Assembly: GCA_963829975.1 (NCBI GenBank)
Contig: CAWHKK010000015.1
Coordinates: forward strand, 3,802-67,801
Reading direction: 5' to 3'
DNA length: 64,000 nucleotides
Source of the DNA: an uncultured Actinomycetota bacterium
GTDB lineage: Bacteria; Actinomycetota; Actinomycetes; Propionibacteriales; Nocardioidaceae
Of the stretch, positions 1 through 14,996 are shown piece by piece. A program made the translations under genes and the position numbers. The notes under the pieces were generated by a model, which was not told the origin of the DNA, made no database searches, and saw only the letters and a list, made by a program, of their open reading frames with translations. Position 1 is the stretch's first letter, and every line of letters starts with the position of its first letter.

Positions 1-610
1 CCGGCCGCCCAGGAGCCCAAGCGCCGTCGGGCGCTCGCGGAGCACGCGATCTGGCTGATGGACTTCCTGCACCACCATCACACGGGTGAGGACGAGGGGC
101 TCTACCCGCTCGTCGTACGCCGCAACCCGGCCGCGGCCGCCCTGTGTGAGCGGATGGACCTCGACCACGAGACGATCACCCCGGCCATGGACGGGCTGCG
201 CGCTGCCGCGCAGCGTCACCTGGCCGACCCGGACAGCCCCGACTCCGACCTGCTCGCGGCACTCGCCGCGCTGGACGATCCGCTGGTGCCGCACCTGGCC
301 CGGGAGGAGCTGGAGATGATGCCGGTGGTCTCGGCCAGCATCAGTCACGCCGAGTGGGTGCGGTGGCACGAAGACATGATCGACGGGAGCATGGCCGAGC
401 TGGCGTTCGAGGGCCACTGGATGCTCGACGGGCTGGACGCAGAGCACACCAAGATCGTGACCGGCCCCGTGCCCGCAGTGCCGCGCTTCATCCTGGTCAA
501 GCTGCTCGGTGGCGCCTACCGCCGCAAGGCGACGCTTGCTCTGGGGCGGCACTCCCGCTGCGGTGGTGCCGCCGCTGCACGTGGACGACACCCGGACCTG
601 GGCGTCGTGA
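1..610 (+). CDS. Hemerythrin (HHE cation-binding) domain protein, 5'-partial
   Basis: FLHHHHTGEDEGLYP, DLDHETI and HLAREELEMMP motifs. The likely true C-terminus (LWGGTPAAVVPPLHVDDTRTWAS*) is in a shifted frame ending at TGA 608-610. Confidence 0.75.
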
Positions 611-1083
611 AGTGGAAGGTGGACTGGGCGGCTGAGGTGGTCGCCGACCTGGCGGCCACGCCGGCCCAGGTCTGGGCAGTGCTCTCGGACCCCACCCGGG
701 TTGGTGAGTGGAGCCACGAGTGCCGTTCGGTGAGCTGGCTCGACGGCTACTCCGCGGCAGCCGTGGGAGCCAAGTTCCGTGGCGACAACCAGGTACGCAA
801 GTTCCGCTGGTCGCGGACCTGCACGATCACCGAGCTGGATCCCGAGCGGCTGCTGGTCTACCGCACTTCGGGGGGCGTGCCCTCCGACTCCACCGAGTGG
901 CGGTTCGACCTCGTGCCCGTCAGCGGCGGGACCCGGGTCACCCAGTCGTTCCGCATCCTCAAGTTCCCGCGCCTGATGGAGCTGGCCACGGTCGTGTTCA
1001 ACCCGTCGCATCGCGATCGCACCGAAGCGCTGCGCGGCGACCTGGCCAGACTCGGCGAGATCAGCGCGAGAGTCACGGTGTAG
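607..1083 (+). CDS. SRPBCC/polyketide cyclase family protein
   Basis: ATPAQVWAVLSDPTRVGEWSHEC...GAKFRGDN...WSRTCTITE...STEWRFDL; GTG start overlaps the upstream TGA. Confidence 0.8.
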   Translation: MKWKVDWAAEVVADLAATPAQVWAVLSDPTRVGEWSHECRSVSWLDGYSAAAVGAKFRGDNQVRKFRWSRTCTITELDPERLLVYRTSGGVPSDSTEWRFDLVPVSGGTRVTQSFRILKFPRLMELATVVFNPSHRDRTEALRGDLARLGEISARVTV

Positions 1084-1167
1084 CCAGGCGGCCGTAGAGT
1101 GATCACTGCACCCCCTGCCATCCGTGGCCGGGGGCTTCAGTGTTGTTCGGACCCTCCAGGAGCACCC

Positions 1168-4744
<3,577 letters not shown>

Positions 4745-4748
<4 letters not shown>

Positions 4749-5492
4749 GCCCCACCGGGACGCAGCCTTCGACGAGCCGTCGCCGGCGTCGCGGTTGCCG
4801 GTGCTCGCGCTGAGCGGGTGTGGCGTGGCGCGACGACAGCCTCGGCCCGGCCTCGCCGCCCAGGTCGGCGACACCGAGCATCGAGCTCGACCAGGTCGAC
4901 GACGCAGCGGCCGACCTGTGCGACATGATCACCTTCCTCTCCGACGAGGGCGCGGCCTCGAGCGGTGCCCGGGCTCGGTGGTGCGCGACAACTCGCTCCA
5001 GTACGCCGTGCTGCGCGAGCTGGGCAACCAGCTCGGCGACGAGTACGACGTCGAGGCGGGCGACGACTACCGCGGCTCGCTCGACGCGCAACGAGTCGCA
5101 GCTGGCCGGGTTCGGCGTCGACCAGCGACCTGCTCGACAACGTGGTGCCGACGCTCAGCTCGGGTGACTACTTCCTCGACATCGTGCAGCAGATCGGGCA
5201 GGACGAGCTCGGCCTGACCTCCGCGGAGGACACCCAGCAGCGAGGGCATCAGCCGAGGGGCTCGAGATCGCCCAGGCAGTGGGAGGCCGACCACGGCCTC
5301 GAGGTCAACCCGCGCTTCTCCGACATGAGCATCGGCGACCTCGACGCAGATCGTGGCAGACCGAGCTCGACGAGCCTGTCGGTGCCGGTGAGCGACTTCG
5401 CCAAGCAGGCGCTCGGCGGGCGCCGACCCGACGCGGCGACCCGGACACGTCGTACGCTCGACTCGCTGCCGGAATCCCAGCGCTGCGGGTGA
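4745..5492 (+). CDS. Putative lipoprotein (SurA N-terminal-like), frameshifted
   Basis: Lipobox LALSGCG near 4804-4824 and an EVNPRF motif; sits between mfd and mazG as in related actinobacteria. Confidence 0.55.
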
Positions 5493-6110
5493 GCCCGACG
5501 GCGTCCGGCGAGTCGCTGGTCGAGTTCCTGGCGGTGATGCGCCGGCTGCGCGCCGAGTGCCCGTGGAAGCGGGAGCAGACCCACCGCTCGCTCGCGCGCT
5601 ACCTGCTCGAGGAGACCCACGAGACGCTGGAGGCGCTCGACACCGGCTCTGCCGAGCACCTGCGCGAGGAGCTCGGTGACCTGCTGCTGCAGATCTACTT
5701 CCACGCCGTGATCGCCGAGGAGTCCGGCGACGTTCACCATCGACGACGTCGCTCGGGGCATCATCGAGAAGATGGTGCGCCGCAACCCGCACGTCTTCGG
5801 CGACGGCTCGGACGCCCCCGCCGACGCCCGCGAGGTCAACGAGCTCTGGGAGTCGGTCAAGGCGATCGAGAAGCAGCGCGACTCGGTCACCGACGGCATC
5901 GCCCCGACCCTGCCCGCGCTGCTGTACGCCGACAAGGTGCTGGACCGGCTCGAGCGCGGCGGGAGCTCCGCGTCCGGTGCGCCGAGCCTGACGGCCCGGA
6001 CGACCTCGGCGACCGGCTGCTGGCCCTCGTCGCCGAGGCGCGCGGCGACCGGCACCGATCCCGAGCAGGCCCTGCGCGACGCCGTACGCCGGCTGGTCGG
6101 CGAGGCCTGA
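5489..6110 (+). CDS. mazG: MazG nucleoside triphosphate pyrophosphohydrolase
   Basis: [60 protein letters not shown]. Confidence 0.92.
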
Positions 6111-6144
6111 GACCAGCGCCACCGACCGTCAGGGGCGGCACTAG

Positions 6145-8075
<1,931 letters not shown>

Positions 8076-8079
<4 letters not shown>

Positions 8080-8596
8080 TCGATCCCGCCGACGAGGAGA
8101 CCGTCGCGCAGCAGCTCGGCCGGCCGCCGCGGTCCATCCACGCCGTCGGGCACCGCTGCCCGTGCGGCAACCCCGACGTGGTCACCACCGAGCCCCGGCT
8201 GCCCAACGGCACGCCGTTCCCCACCACCTTCTACCTCACCTGCCCGCGCGCGGCGTCGCTGATCGGCACGCTCGAGGGCTCGGGCCTGATGAAGGAGATG
8301 CAGGCCCGGCTGGGCGAGGACCCCGAGCTGGCCGGCGGCCTACCGGGCCGCCCACGAGTCCTACCTCGCCTTCCGCTCGACCCTCGGCGAGGTGCCCGAG
8401 ATCGAGGGGATCACGGCCGGCGGCATGCCCGACCGGGTCAAGTGCCTGCACGTGCTCGCCGCCCACGCGCTGGCCGCCGGGCCGGGCGTGAACCCGCTCG
8501 GTGACGAGGTGCTCGACGCTGCTGGGTGAGTGGTGGGCGAGCGGCCCGTGCGTGTCGCGGCCATCGACTGCGGCACCAACACGATCAAGCTGCTGA
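8076..8596 (+). CDS. DUF501 domain protein
   Basis: QQLGRPPR, RCPCGNPDVVTTEPRLPNGTPFPTTFYLTCP, GGMPDRVKCLH. Confidence 0.88.
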
Positions 8597-9455
8597 TCGG
8601 CGAGCTGCCCGAGGTCGCGGTCCGCGAGGCGCGCATGGTCCGGCTCGGGCAGGGCGTCGACCGCACCGGCCGGCTCGACGAGCGACGCGCTGCGACGGAC
8701 CTTCGACGCGATCGACGAGTACGCCGCGCTGATCGAGCAGCACGGCGTCGACCGGATCCGCTTCTGCGCCACCTCCGCGACCCGCGACGCGGCCAACTCG
8801 GAGGTCTTCGCCGAAGGCGTGCACGCCCGGCTGGGGGTCCGTCCCGAGGTGCTGAGCGGCGACGAAGAGGCGGCCCTGGCCTTCGACGGCGCGGTGCGCA
8901 ACCTGGCGATCGCGCCGGACCACCCGGTGCTGGTCGTCGACATCGGCGGCGGGTCCACCGAGCTCGTCCTGGGCACGGACCAGCCGCAGGCGGCGACGTC
9001 GATGGACATCGGGTCGGTGCGGCTCCACGAGCGCCACCTGCACGACGATCCGCCGACGGCCGAGCAGGTCGCGGCCTGCGTGGCCGACATCGACGCCGCC
9101 CTCGACGCCGCCCGTCGCCGCCGTCTCGCCTGCAGACGCGGCGACGGTGGTCGGCGTCGCCGGCACCGTGACCACGATCGCGGCCGCGTGCGCTCGACCT
9201 GCCGGCGTACGCGCGCGAAGCCATCGACCAGCAGGTGATCCGGGTCGACGCCGTGCACGAGGTCACCGAGCGGATCGTCGCGATGACGCTCGCGGAGCGG
9301 CTTGGCGCTTGCCCTACCTGCATCCCGGGCCGGGCCGACGTGATCGACGCGGGGGCGCTGATCCTGTCGCGGGTGCTGCGGCGTACGCAGCGTCGAGACG
9401 CTGGTGATCTCCGAGTCCGACATCCTCGACGGCATCGCCTGGTCGTCATCGCTAG
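8548..9455 (+). CDS. ppx: Ppx/GppA exopolyphosphatase
   Basis: VAAIDCGTNTIKLLI, VRLGQGVD, ATSATRDA, EVLSGDEEA, DIGGGSTE, GRADVI, SESDILDGIA. Confidence 0.93.
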
Positions 9456-9538
9456 CGGCACGATCGAGCGTCTGCACGGGGCGGGGTTTGTCCCGAGCCG
9501 CGCCTGGCTACCGTGGGGTCTCGGAAGGAGATCCGACC

Positions 9539-9773
9539 ATGAAGAAGATCCCGCTCCTGTTCGCCGCCGGTGTCGGCTACGTCCTGGGCGCCCGTGCCGG
9601 CCGCGGCCGCTACGAGCAGATCAAGGCCGGCGCCCAGAAGCTCGCCGAGGACCCGCGCGTGCAGGCGGCCAAGGACAAGGCCACCGAGGCCGCCAAGGAG
9701 AAGGCCGGCGAGGTGGCCCATGCCGCCGCCGACAAGGTGCGCCGCGAGACCTCGATCCAAGCCGCACCCCTGA
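9539..9773 (+). CDS. Small membrane-anchored YtxH-like protein
   Basis: RBS GGAAGGAG, then MKKIPLLFAAGVGYVLGARAGRGRYEQIK; the frame runs on into the next gene. Confidence 0.6.
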
Positions 9774-9779
9774 ACGGGG

Positions 9780-10584
9780 TCCCGCTGCCGCACCCGGCGA
9801 CGGGGGAGCCGTTCGCCTCGCCGGTCCCGCCGGGCACCGGCTGGCCCGGAGACCCTGCCGCACACGCCGGCAGCGGCGACCCGTTGGACGAGCTCGGCGC
9901 CGCAGATCAGCACGTGTCGACGCTGTCCGCGGCTGGTCGAGTGGCGGGAGCGGGTGGCCGTCGAGAAGCGCGCGGCGTTCGCCGAGCAGCCCTACTGGGG
10001 CCGCCCGATCGCGGGTTGGGGTGACCGCGATCCACGGCTGCTGATCGTCGGTCTGGCGCCGGCGGCCCATGGAGCCAACCGCACCGGCCGGGTGTTCACC
10101 GGCGACCGTTCCGGCGACTGGCTCTTCGCGTCCTTGCATCGGGTCGGGCCTGGCCAACCAGCCGACCAGCGTGCACGCGGCCGACGGCCTCGAGCTGTTC
10201 GGTGCCCGGATGGTCGCCACCGTGCGCTGCGCCCCGCCGCAGAACAAACCCACCACCGAGGAGCGAGAGCGCTGCGCTCCTTGGCTGGACGCCGAGCTCG
10301 CCCTGGTGAGCGGCGACCTGCGCTGCGTCGTGGCGCTGGGCTCGATCGGCTGGGACGCCACTCTGCGCGCGTTCCGCTCGGCCGGCTGGGACGTCCCGCG
10401 GCCGAAACCGAGGTTCGGCCATGGCGCCGAGGCCGTGCTCGGTCGGCCCGGGGGACGACGACGGGCCGAGCGTCGTGCTCCTCGGCAGCTATCACCCCAG
10501 CCAGCAGAACACGTTCACCGGCAAGCTCACCGAAGCGATGCTCGACGACGTGCTGGGCCGGGCCGCTGCCATAATGCAGGGTGA
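9780..10584 (+). CDS. Uracil-DNA glycosylase, family 5 (UdgB-like), frameshifted
   Basis: [64 protein letters not shown]. Confidence 0.9.
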
Positions 10585-10607
10585 CCTGCTTATGACCCGG
10601 CGCCTCC

Positions 10608-10681
10608 GCCCCCGTATCCCAACCGGCAGAGGAACTCGCCTTAAAAGCGACTCAGTGTGGGTTCGATCCCCACCGGGGGCA
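10608..10681 (+). tRNA. tRNA-Leu (anticodon TAA)
   Basis: Acceptor stem GCCCCCG/CGGGGGC, anticodon arm TCGC-CTTAAAA-GCGA, T-loop GTTCGATCC; short variable region; CCA not encoded. Confidence 0.93.
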
Positions 10682-10712
10682 CTGTCCTGGATGTGACGGC
10701 CCGTTGGTGGGC

Positions 10713-11396
10713 CTACCGGCCGCTCGCGCCAGCCAGCCGAACAACCGCTCGCCGGTCGCTGGCCTCGAGCTCGGGGTGCCACTGGACACCGAGCGCCGGC
10801 CAGGGCCGCGAACCCTGCCACTCGATGGCCTCGACCACGCCGTCGTCGGTCCAGGCCGTCGCGCGCCAAGCTCGGCCCGGGCTCGGCGACGGCCTGGTGG
10901 TGGAGCGCGGTCACGTCCGGCCGGTCGCCGAGCACGGACTGGATCAGTGAGCCGGGCCGGGTGCGTGACCGGGTGGCGTGTCGCCGGGAAGCACGTGGCT
11001 CATGCCCGAGGTCTCCGGTCAGGGTGCCGCCGAAGGCGACGGCGAGGACCTGGAGCCCACGGCACACCCCGAGCAGCGGCATCCCGGGCTCGGCGGCGGC
11101 CCGCACGAGGCTCGATCTCGTCTCGTCGCGGGCCGGGTCCACGTCGATCGCCGGCTTCCGGCGACGCCGCCGTAGCGCAGGGGGTCCACGTCGCCACCGC
11201 CGGTGAGCACCAGGGCGTCCACCACGTCGAGCAGGTCGACAGCCGTCGCGGCCGGGCAGCAGGACCGGCCGCGCCCCAGCAGCGGCCACCTGCTCCACGT
11301 AGCGGCGTCGGCGTGCCGACCACGGCCAGGTCGCCGAAGTACTTCGTGACGACGTAGACCGTGGCCGACGATCCCGACACGGGTCGACGCGGTCAC
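10713..11396 (-). CDS. Gamma-glutamyl-gamma-aminobutyrate hydrolase family (peptidase C26), frameshifted
   Basis: DALVLTGGGDVDP, PLLGVCRGLQVLAVAFGGTL, ALHHQAV, LGVQWHPE. Confidence 0.88.
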
Positions 11397-11790
11397 AGCG
11401 AGACGATCGCGGTGACCCCGAGCGCGATCCCGACCAGCGTAGGTGCCCAGTGCGCCGATGTCCCGGACGGGACCGTGGCTGGCCAGCGTCTTGGCCGTCA
11501 GCAGGCCGACCGCGTGCAGGAGCCCGCGCAGCGACGGCCGCGACGCTGAGGGCGTCGAGCCACCATCCGTCGGTGAGCACCGAGCAGACGATGAGGAGGC
11601 CGATCAGCGTCGGCACGTACTCGGAGGCATTGCCGTGCGCCCGCTGCGCGATGTACATCCGGTCCGCGGGGTCGGTGGGCTGCTGGTTGCCGGTGGCACC
11701 TCGCTGCACCCGGTGACGGGTGACGTTGGCGCCGAGCACGAAGATCAGGATGCCCATCAGGGCGATGGAGATGACGGTGATGTTGCTCAT
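11393..11790 (-). CDS. MAPEG family membrane protein
   Basis: MSNITVISIALMGILIFVLGANVTRHR...AQRAHGNASEYVP; the RAHxNxxEY motif plus TM helices. Confidence 0.85.
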
Positions 11791-12763
11791 CGGAGAACCC
11801 TTTCGTGGTGGAGGAGGCGGCGCATGACTGTCGCCGCTGAGGTCCGTGCCCAGGAGGGCATCGGTCTTGTGCATGCCGCCCGGACAGGTCACGTTGACCT
11901 CGATCAGGCGACCGGCGATGACGTCGAGCGCCGGCCAGCACGATCCCGTGCCGGCCGCCAAGGTGGGGGCGAGGGCGAGACGATGCGTAGGTCGTCGCGC
12001 AGTCGAGCTCGGCCGCGGCGACCGGGGGCCCGATCCGGAAGTCGTCACGACTGGGCCGCCGTAGCACTGCGCCGACGACCTCGCCGTCGAGCAGGAACAG
12101 GCGCTTGTTGCCGTTCGCGACCTCCGGCAGGTAGCGCTGGGCGATCGCGTGCCGCGTGCCGCCACCGGTGGCGGACTCCAGCAGGGCCGTCGCGCCTGCG
12201 TCGTCGCGGACCAGCCACACGTCGATGCCCGGCGAACCCGTCGACAGGCTTGACGACGGCGATCCCGGTGCTGGCCACGAAGGCCCGCAGAGCCGCGGGG
12301 TCGGCGCTGACCATGGTCTCGGGCCCGAGCTCGGGGTGGTGCAGGGCGACGATCTTCTCGTGCAGCGCGCGTACGCCCTCGGGCCGGTTGACGACGCGGA
12401 CGCCGGCCGCCTCGGCCAGGTCCAGCAGGTACGTCGTGTGCAGGTAGCGCGCGTCGACCGGCGGGTCGATCCGCAGCTGGACGACGGCCACCTCGTCGGC
12501 GACGTCGAGGGTCGCCCGCCCCAGCTCGTCCCACCACCGGGGTTCGACGACCCACCGGTGGTCGCCCTCCCGCCGCCGCACCGGCCGCAGTGACACCTGG
12601 GTGCCGCGGCGGCTCCGAGCCGGCCGTCGGCGACCGCCAGCTGCTCCGGACCGCAGACCCAGACCTCGACGCCGAGCTCCTGGGTCGCCAGCATCAGTCC
12701 GACCGTGGAGTCGACCTCGGGCTGGAGTGTCGGCAGCGGGTCGACCACGAACAGGACCTTCAC
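11787..12763 (-). CDS. gshB: Glutathione synthetase-like ATP-grasp ligase (GshB family), frameshifted
   Basis: VLFVVDPL..DSTVGLM, LRIDPPVDARYLHTTYLLD, VVNRPEGVRALHEK, VVKPVDGFAG, AQRYLPEV, LDVIAGRLIEVNVTCPGG; colinear with prokaryotic GshB motifs. Confidence 0.82.
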
Positions 12764-13751
12764 GCCGCACCTCCGACGCGGCGGGCTGCGCGGGCCAGGG
12801 CGACCAGCTCGCTGACCTCTGTCGGTACAGCTCCGGGTCGCCGGCCGCCGCACGCGCCCACAGCTCGCCGAGCCCGGCCCTCTCGGAGCCGACGAGGCGG
12901 ATCGCCTCGCGACGACAGGTCGTCGTCGTAGAGGAGGGTGCTGAACACCGCCGACCAGGTCATCGACGCACCGCAGGGGCTGGACGTCGAGGAAGCGCAC
13001 CTCGAGGTAGGTGCCGCGCGGCCGCACCGGCGGGAAGAGGGTGGTGAGGTGCTGGGCGCACGTCCCCGGGCTCGGTGAACACCGCTGGCCTGCGCGGCGA
13101 AGTCGGCGTACGCCGCGACCGGGTCGTCGCCGTGGAGCAGGCGATCGTCGAACGCGGTCCGGCTCGGGTCGACGGCCAGCCAGGTCGCGAGCCGGGACTC
13201 GGGCCGGCACTCCGCGCGAAGCCGGCAGCCAGCAACGGGCCGGCCAGGTTGAGGAGCCGCCACTGCTCCAGACCGGCCGCGTCCGGACCACCAGTCGAGG
13301 CAGATCTGGGTCGACGCGGTGCGCCGCATCATCGTGCGCCCGGCCGGGCCGATGGTGTCGAAGTGGCGCTGCATCGCCAGGTAGCGGGGCGAGGTCAGCT
13401 GGAGGGGGACCTCGGCGCCACGCCGGGCATCGACCGGCGTGGCGTCGAGGCGGATCCCGGCCCGCTCGCAGTCGGCGCGCAGAGCGGACACCGCCATCCG
13501 CAGCTGACGCGCCGCGGTCGGGCCGGGGGTGCACGGAAGGCTGAGCTCGACCTGGCCGCCTGGCTCGAAGCCCAGGTGGGCGGCGTAACCGCCGCTGCGG
13601 GTTGCCTCCTTGGTCCTGGTCGATCGGCACCAGCCGCGCCGCTGGTGCTGTCGGCGGTGACGAGCTCGTGCTCGATGCCGACGCGCGTGGTGCGGGGACC
13701 GCTGCGGGGAAACAGCCGGGCGACCTGCCGACGGATCTGCTGGGGGTTCAT
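12760..13751 (-). CDS. Glutamate-cysteine ligase (GCS2/EgtA-like), frameshifted
   Basis: VGIEHEL, FEPGGQVELS, PRYLAMQRHFD, MMRRTASTQICLD, HLTTLFPPVRPRGTYLEVRFLD. Confidence 0.85.
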
Positions 13752-13767
13752 GGCGTGCTCCTGATAA

Positions 13768-13805
13768 TGTAAGGTTCCTGTCGAATACTGAAAGGAATCC
13801 TTACA
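13768..13805. promoter_or_regulatory. Inverted repeat, putative MarR operator in the divergent intergenic region
   Basis: TGTAAGG-TTCCT (13768-13779) ... AGGAATCCTTACA (13793-13805) in an AT-rich 55-bp gap between divergent starts. Confidence 0.65.
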
Positions 13806-13806
13806 A

Positions 13807-14299
13807 ATGTCAAGCGCCCACTCCCCTACCGAGGCCAGAGCGCACTGCCCCTCATCGCGCTGGTCGCACCGGGCCAACCAGGCGCTGCAGCGAGACATGG
13901 TGCGGAGGCGCGCAACCGGGGCCACGACTTCGGAGATCAAGCACGCCCACAACGCGGTCTTCGGGTCGCTGCCGGGGACGGGCCCGGGCGACGGACATGG
14001 CCGGCGCGAGCCGGCATCACCCGGCAGTCGATGGGTGAGGTCATCCGCGAGCTGGTGGGGTTCGGCATCCTCGAGATGACGCCCGGACCCGGACGACCGC
14101 CGCGCCAAGCTGGTGACAGTACACGGCCAAGGGCGCCGAGTTCATCGCGCCTGGCTACCAGCACATCATCGAGCTCGAGCGCAGGTTCGTCGACGAGCTC
14201 GGCGAGGAGGAGTACGAGGTGGCCAGGCGGGTGCTGGAGCGCGTGGCCGACATCCTCGACGGAGTGCACGCGGAAGCGCTTGCGCGCGGATCGAGCTGA
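13807..14299 (+). CDS. MarR family transcriptional regulator, frameshifted
   Basis: IKHAHNAVFGSL, AGITRQSMGEVIRELVGFGILEMTP..DRRAKLV winged-helix pattern. Confidence 0.8.
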
Positions 14300-14316
14300 A
14301 GGTGCAGGCTGGACGC

Positions 14317-14967
14317 ATGAGCCACGAGCACCAGCACACCGACCTGGCCGAGATGTTCACCCAGGCGACCTGGGATGCCAGGTACGCCGAGTCCGAGCGG
14401 ATCTGGAGCGGCAACCCCAACCCGCGACTGGTGGAGCACGTCGCCGACCTCACGCCGGGTGACGCCCTCGACGTCGGCTGCGGGGAGGGTGCCGACGCCG
14501 TGTGGCTGGCGACGCAGCGGCTGGCGGGTGACGGCGCTGGACGTGTCGGCGGTCGCACTGGAGAAGACGGCTGCGCATGCGCGCGAGGCCGGCGTCGCCG
14601 ACCGGGTGACGACGCTGCACCACGACCTGATGAAGGGCGGGCCGCTGCCGGGCGCCTACGACCTGGTCTCGATGCAGTTCATGCACCCGCCGCCGGAGCT
14701 CGGTTCGACGAGCTCTACCGTGGGCTAGGGGCCGCGGTGCGTCACGGAGGTGCACTGCTGGTGGTCGGCCACCATCCGGATGACGTCGCGACCGGCGTCC
14801 GGGAGCCGCACGGGCCGGACCTGCTGTTCACGCCCGAGCGGGTGGTGCAGGCGATCGGGACCGACGAGTGGGAGATCAAGGTCGCCGCCGCGCCCACGCG
14901 CGCCTGGGTGCGCGACGACGGGACGGCGACGGTCACCGACACGGTGGTGCTCGCGGTCAGAAGGTGA
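14317..14967 (+). CDS. Class I SAM-dependent methyltransferase
   Basis: WDARYAESERIWSGNPN, ALDVGCGEGADAVWLA, VTALDVS. Confidence 0.88.
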   Translation: MSHEHQHTDLAEMFTQATWDARYAESERIWSGNPNPRLVEHVADLTPGDALDVGCGEGADAVWLATQRLAGDGAGRVGGRTGEDGCACARGRRRRPGDDAAPRPDEGRAAAGRLRPGLDAVHAPAAGARFDELYRGLGAAVRHGGALLVVGHHPDDVATGVREPHGPDLLFTPERVVQAIGTDEWEIKVAAAPTRAWVRDDGTATVTDTVVLAVRR

Positions 14968-14996
14968 CCACGCTCACCCCCGGTCGTTAGGACGTC

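Noticed and set aside
58-1083. Apparent hemerythrin-SRPBCC fusion (341-aa ORF)
   Set aside because: A 1-nt shift near 540 gives a natural hemerythrin C-terminus ending in a GTGA overlap at 607-610, so two coupled genes plus an indel error is simpler.
12760-13751. Ergothioneine (egtABCD) operon
   Set aside because: The ligase is EgtA-like, but no egtB, egtC or egtD homologues are adjacent; its partner is GshB-like.
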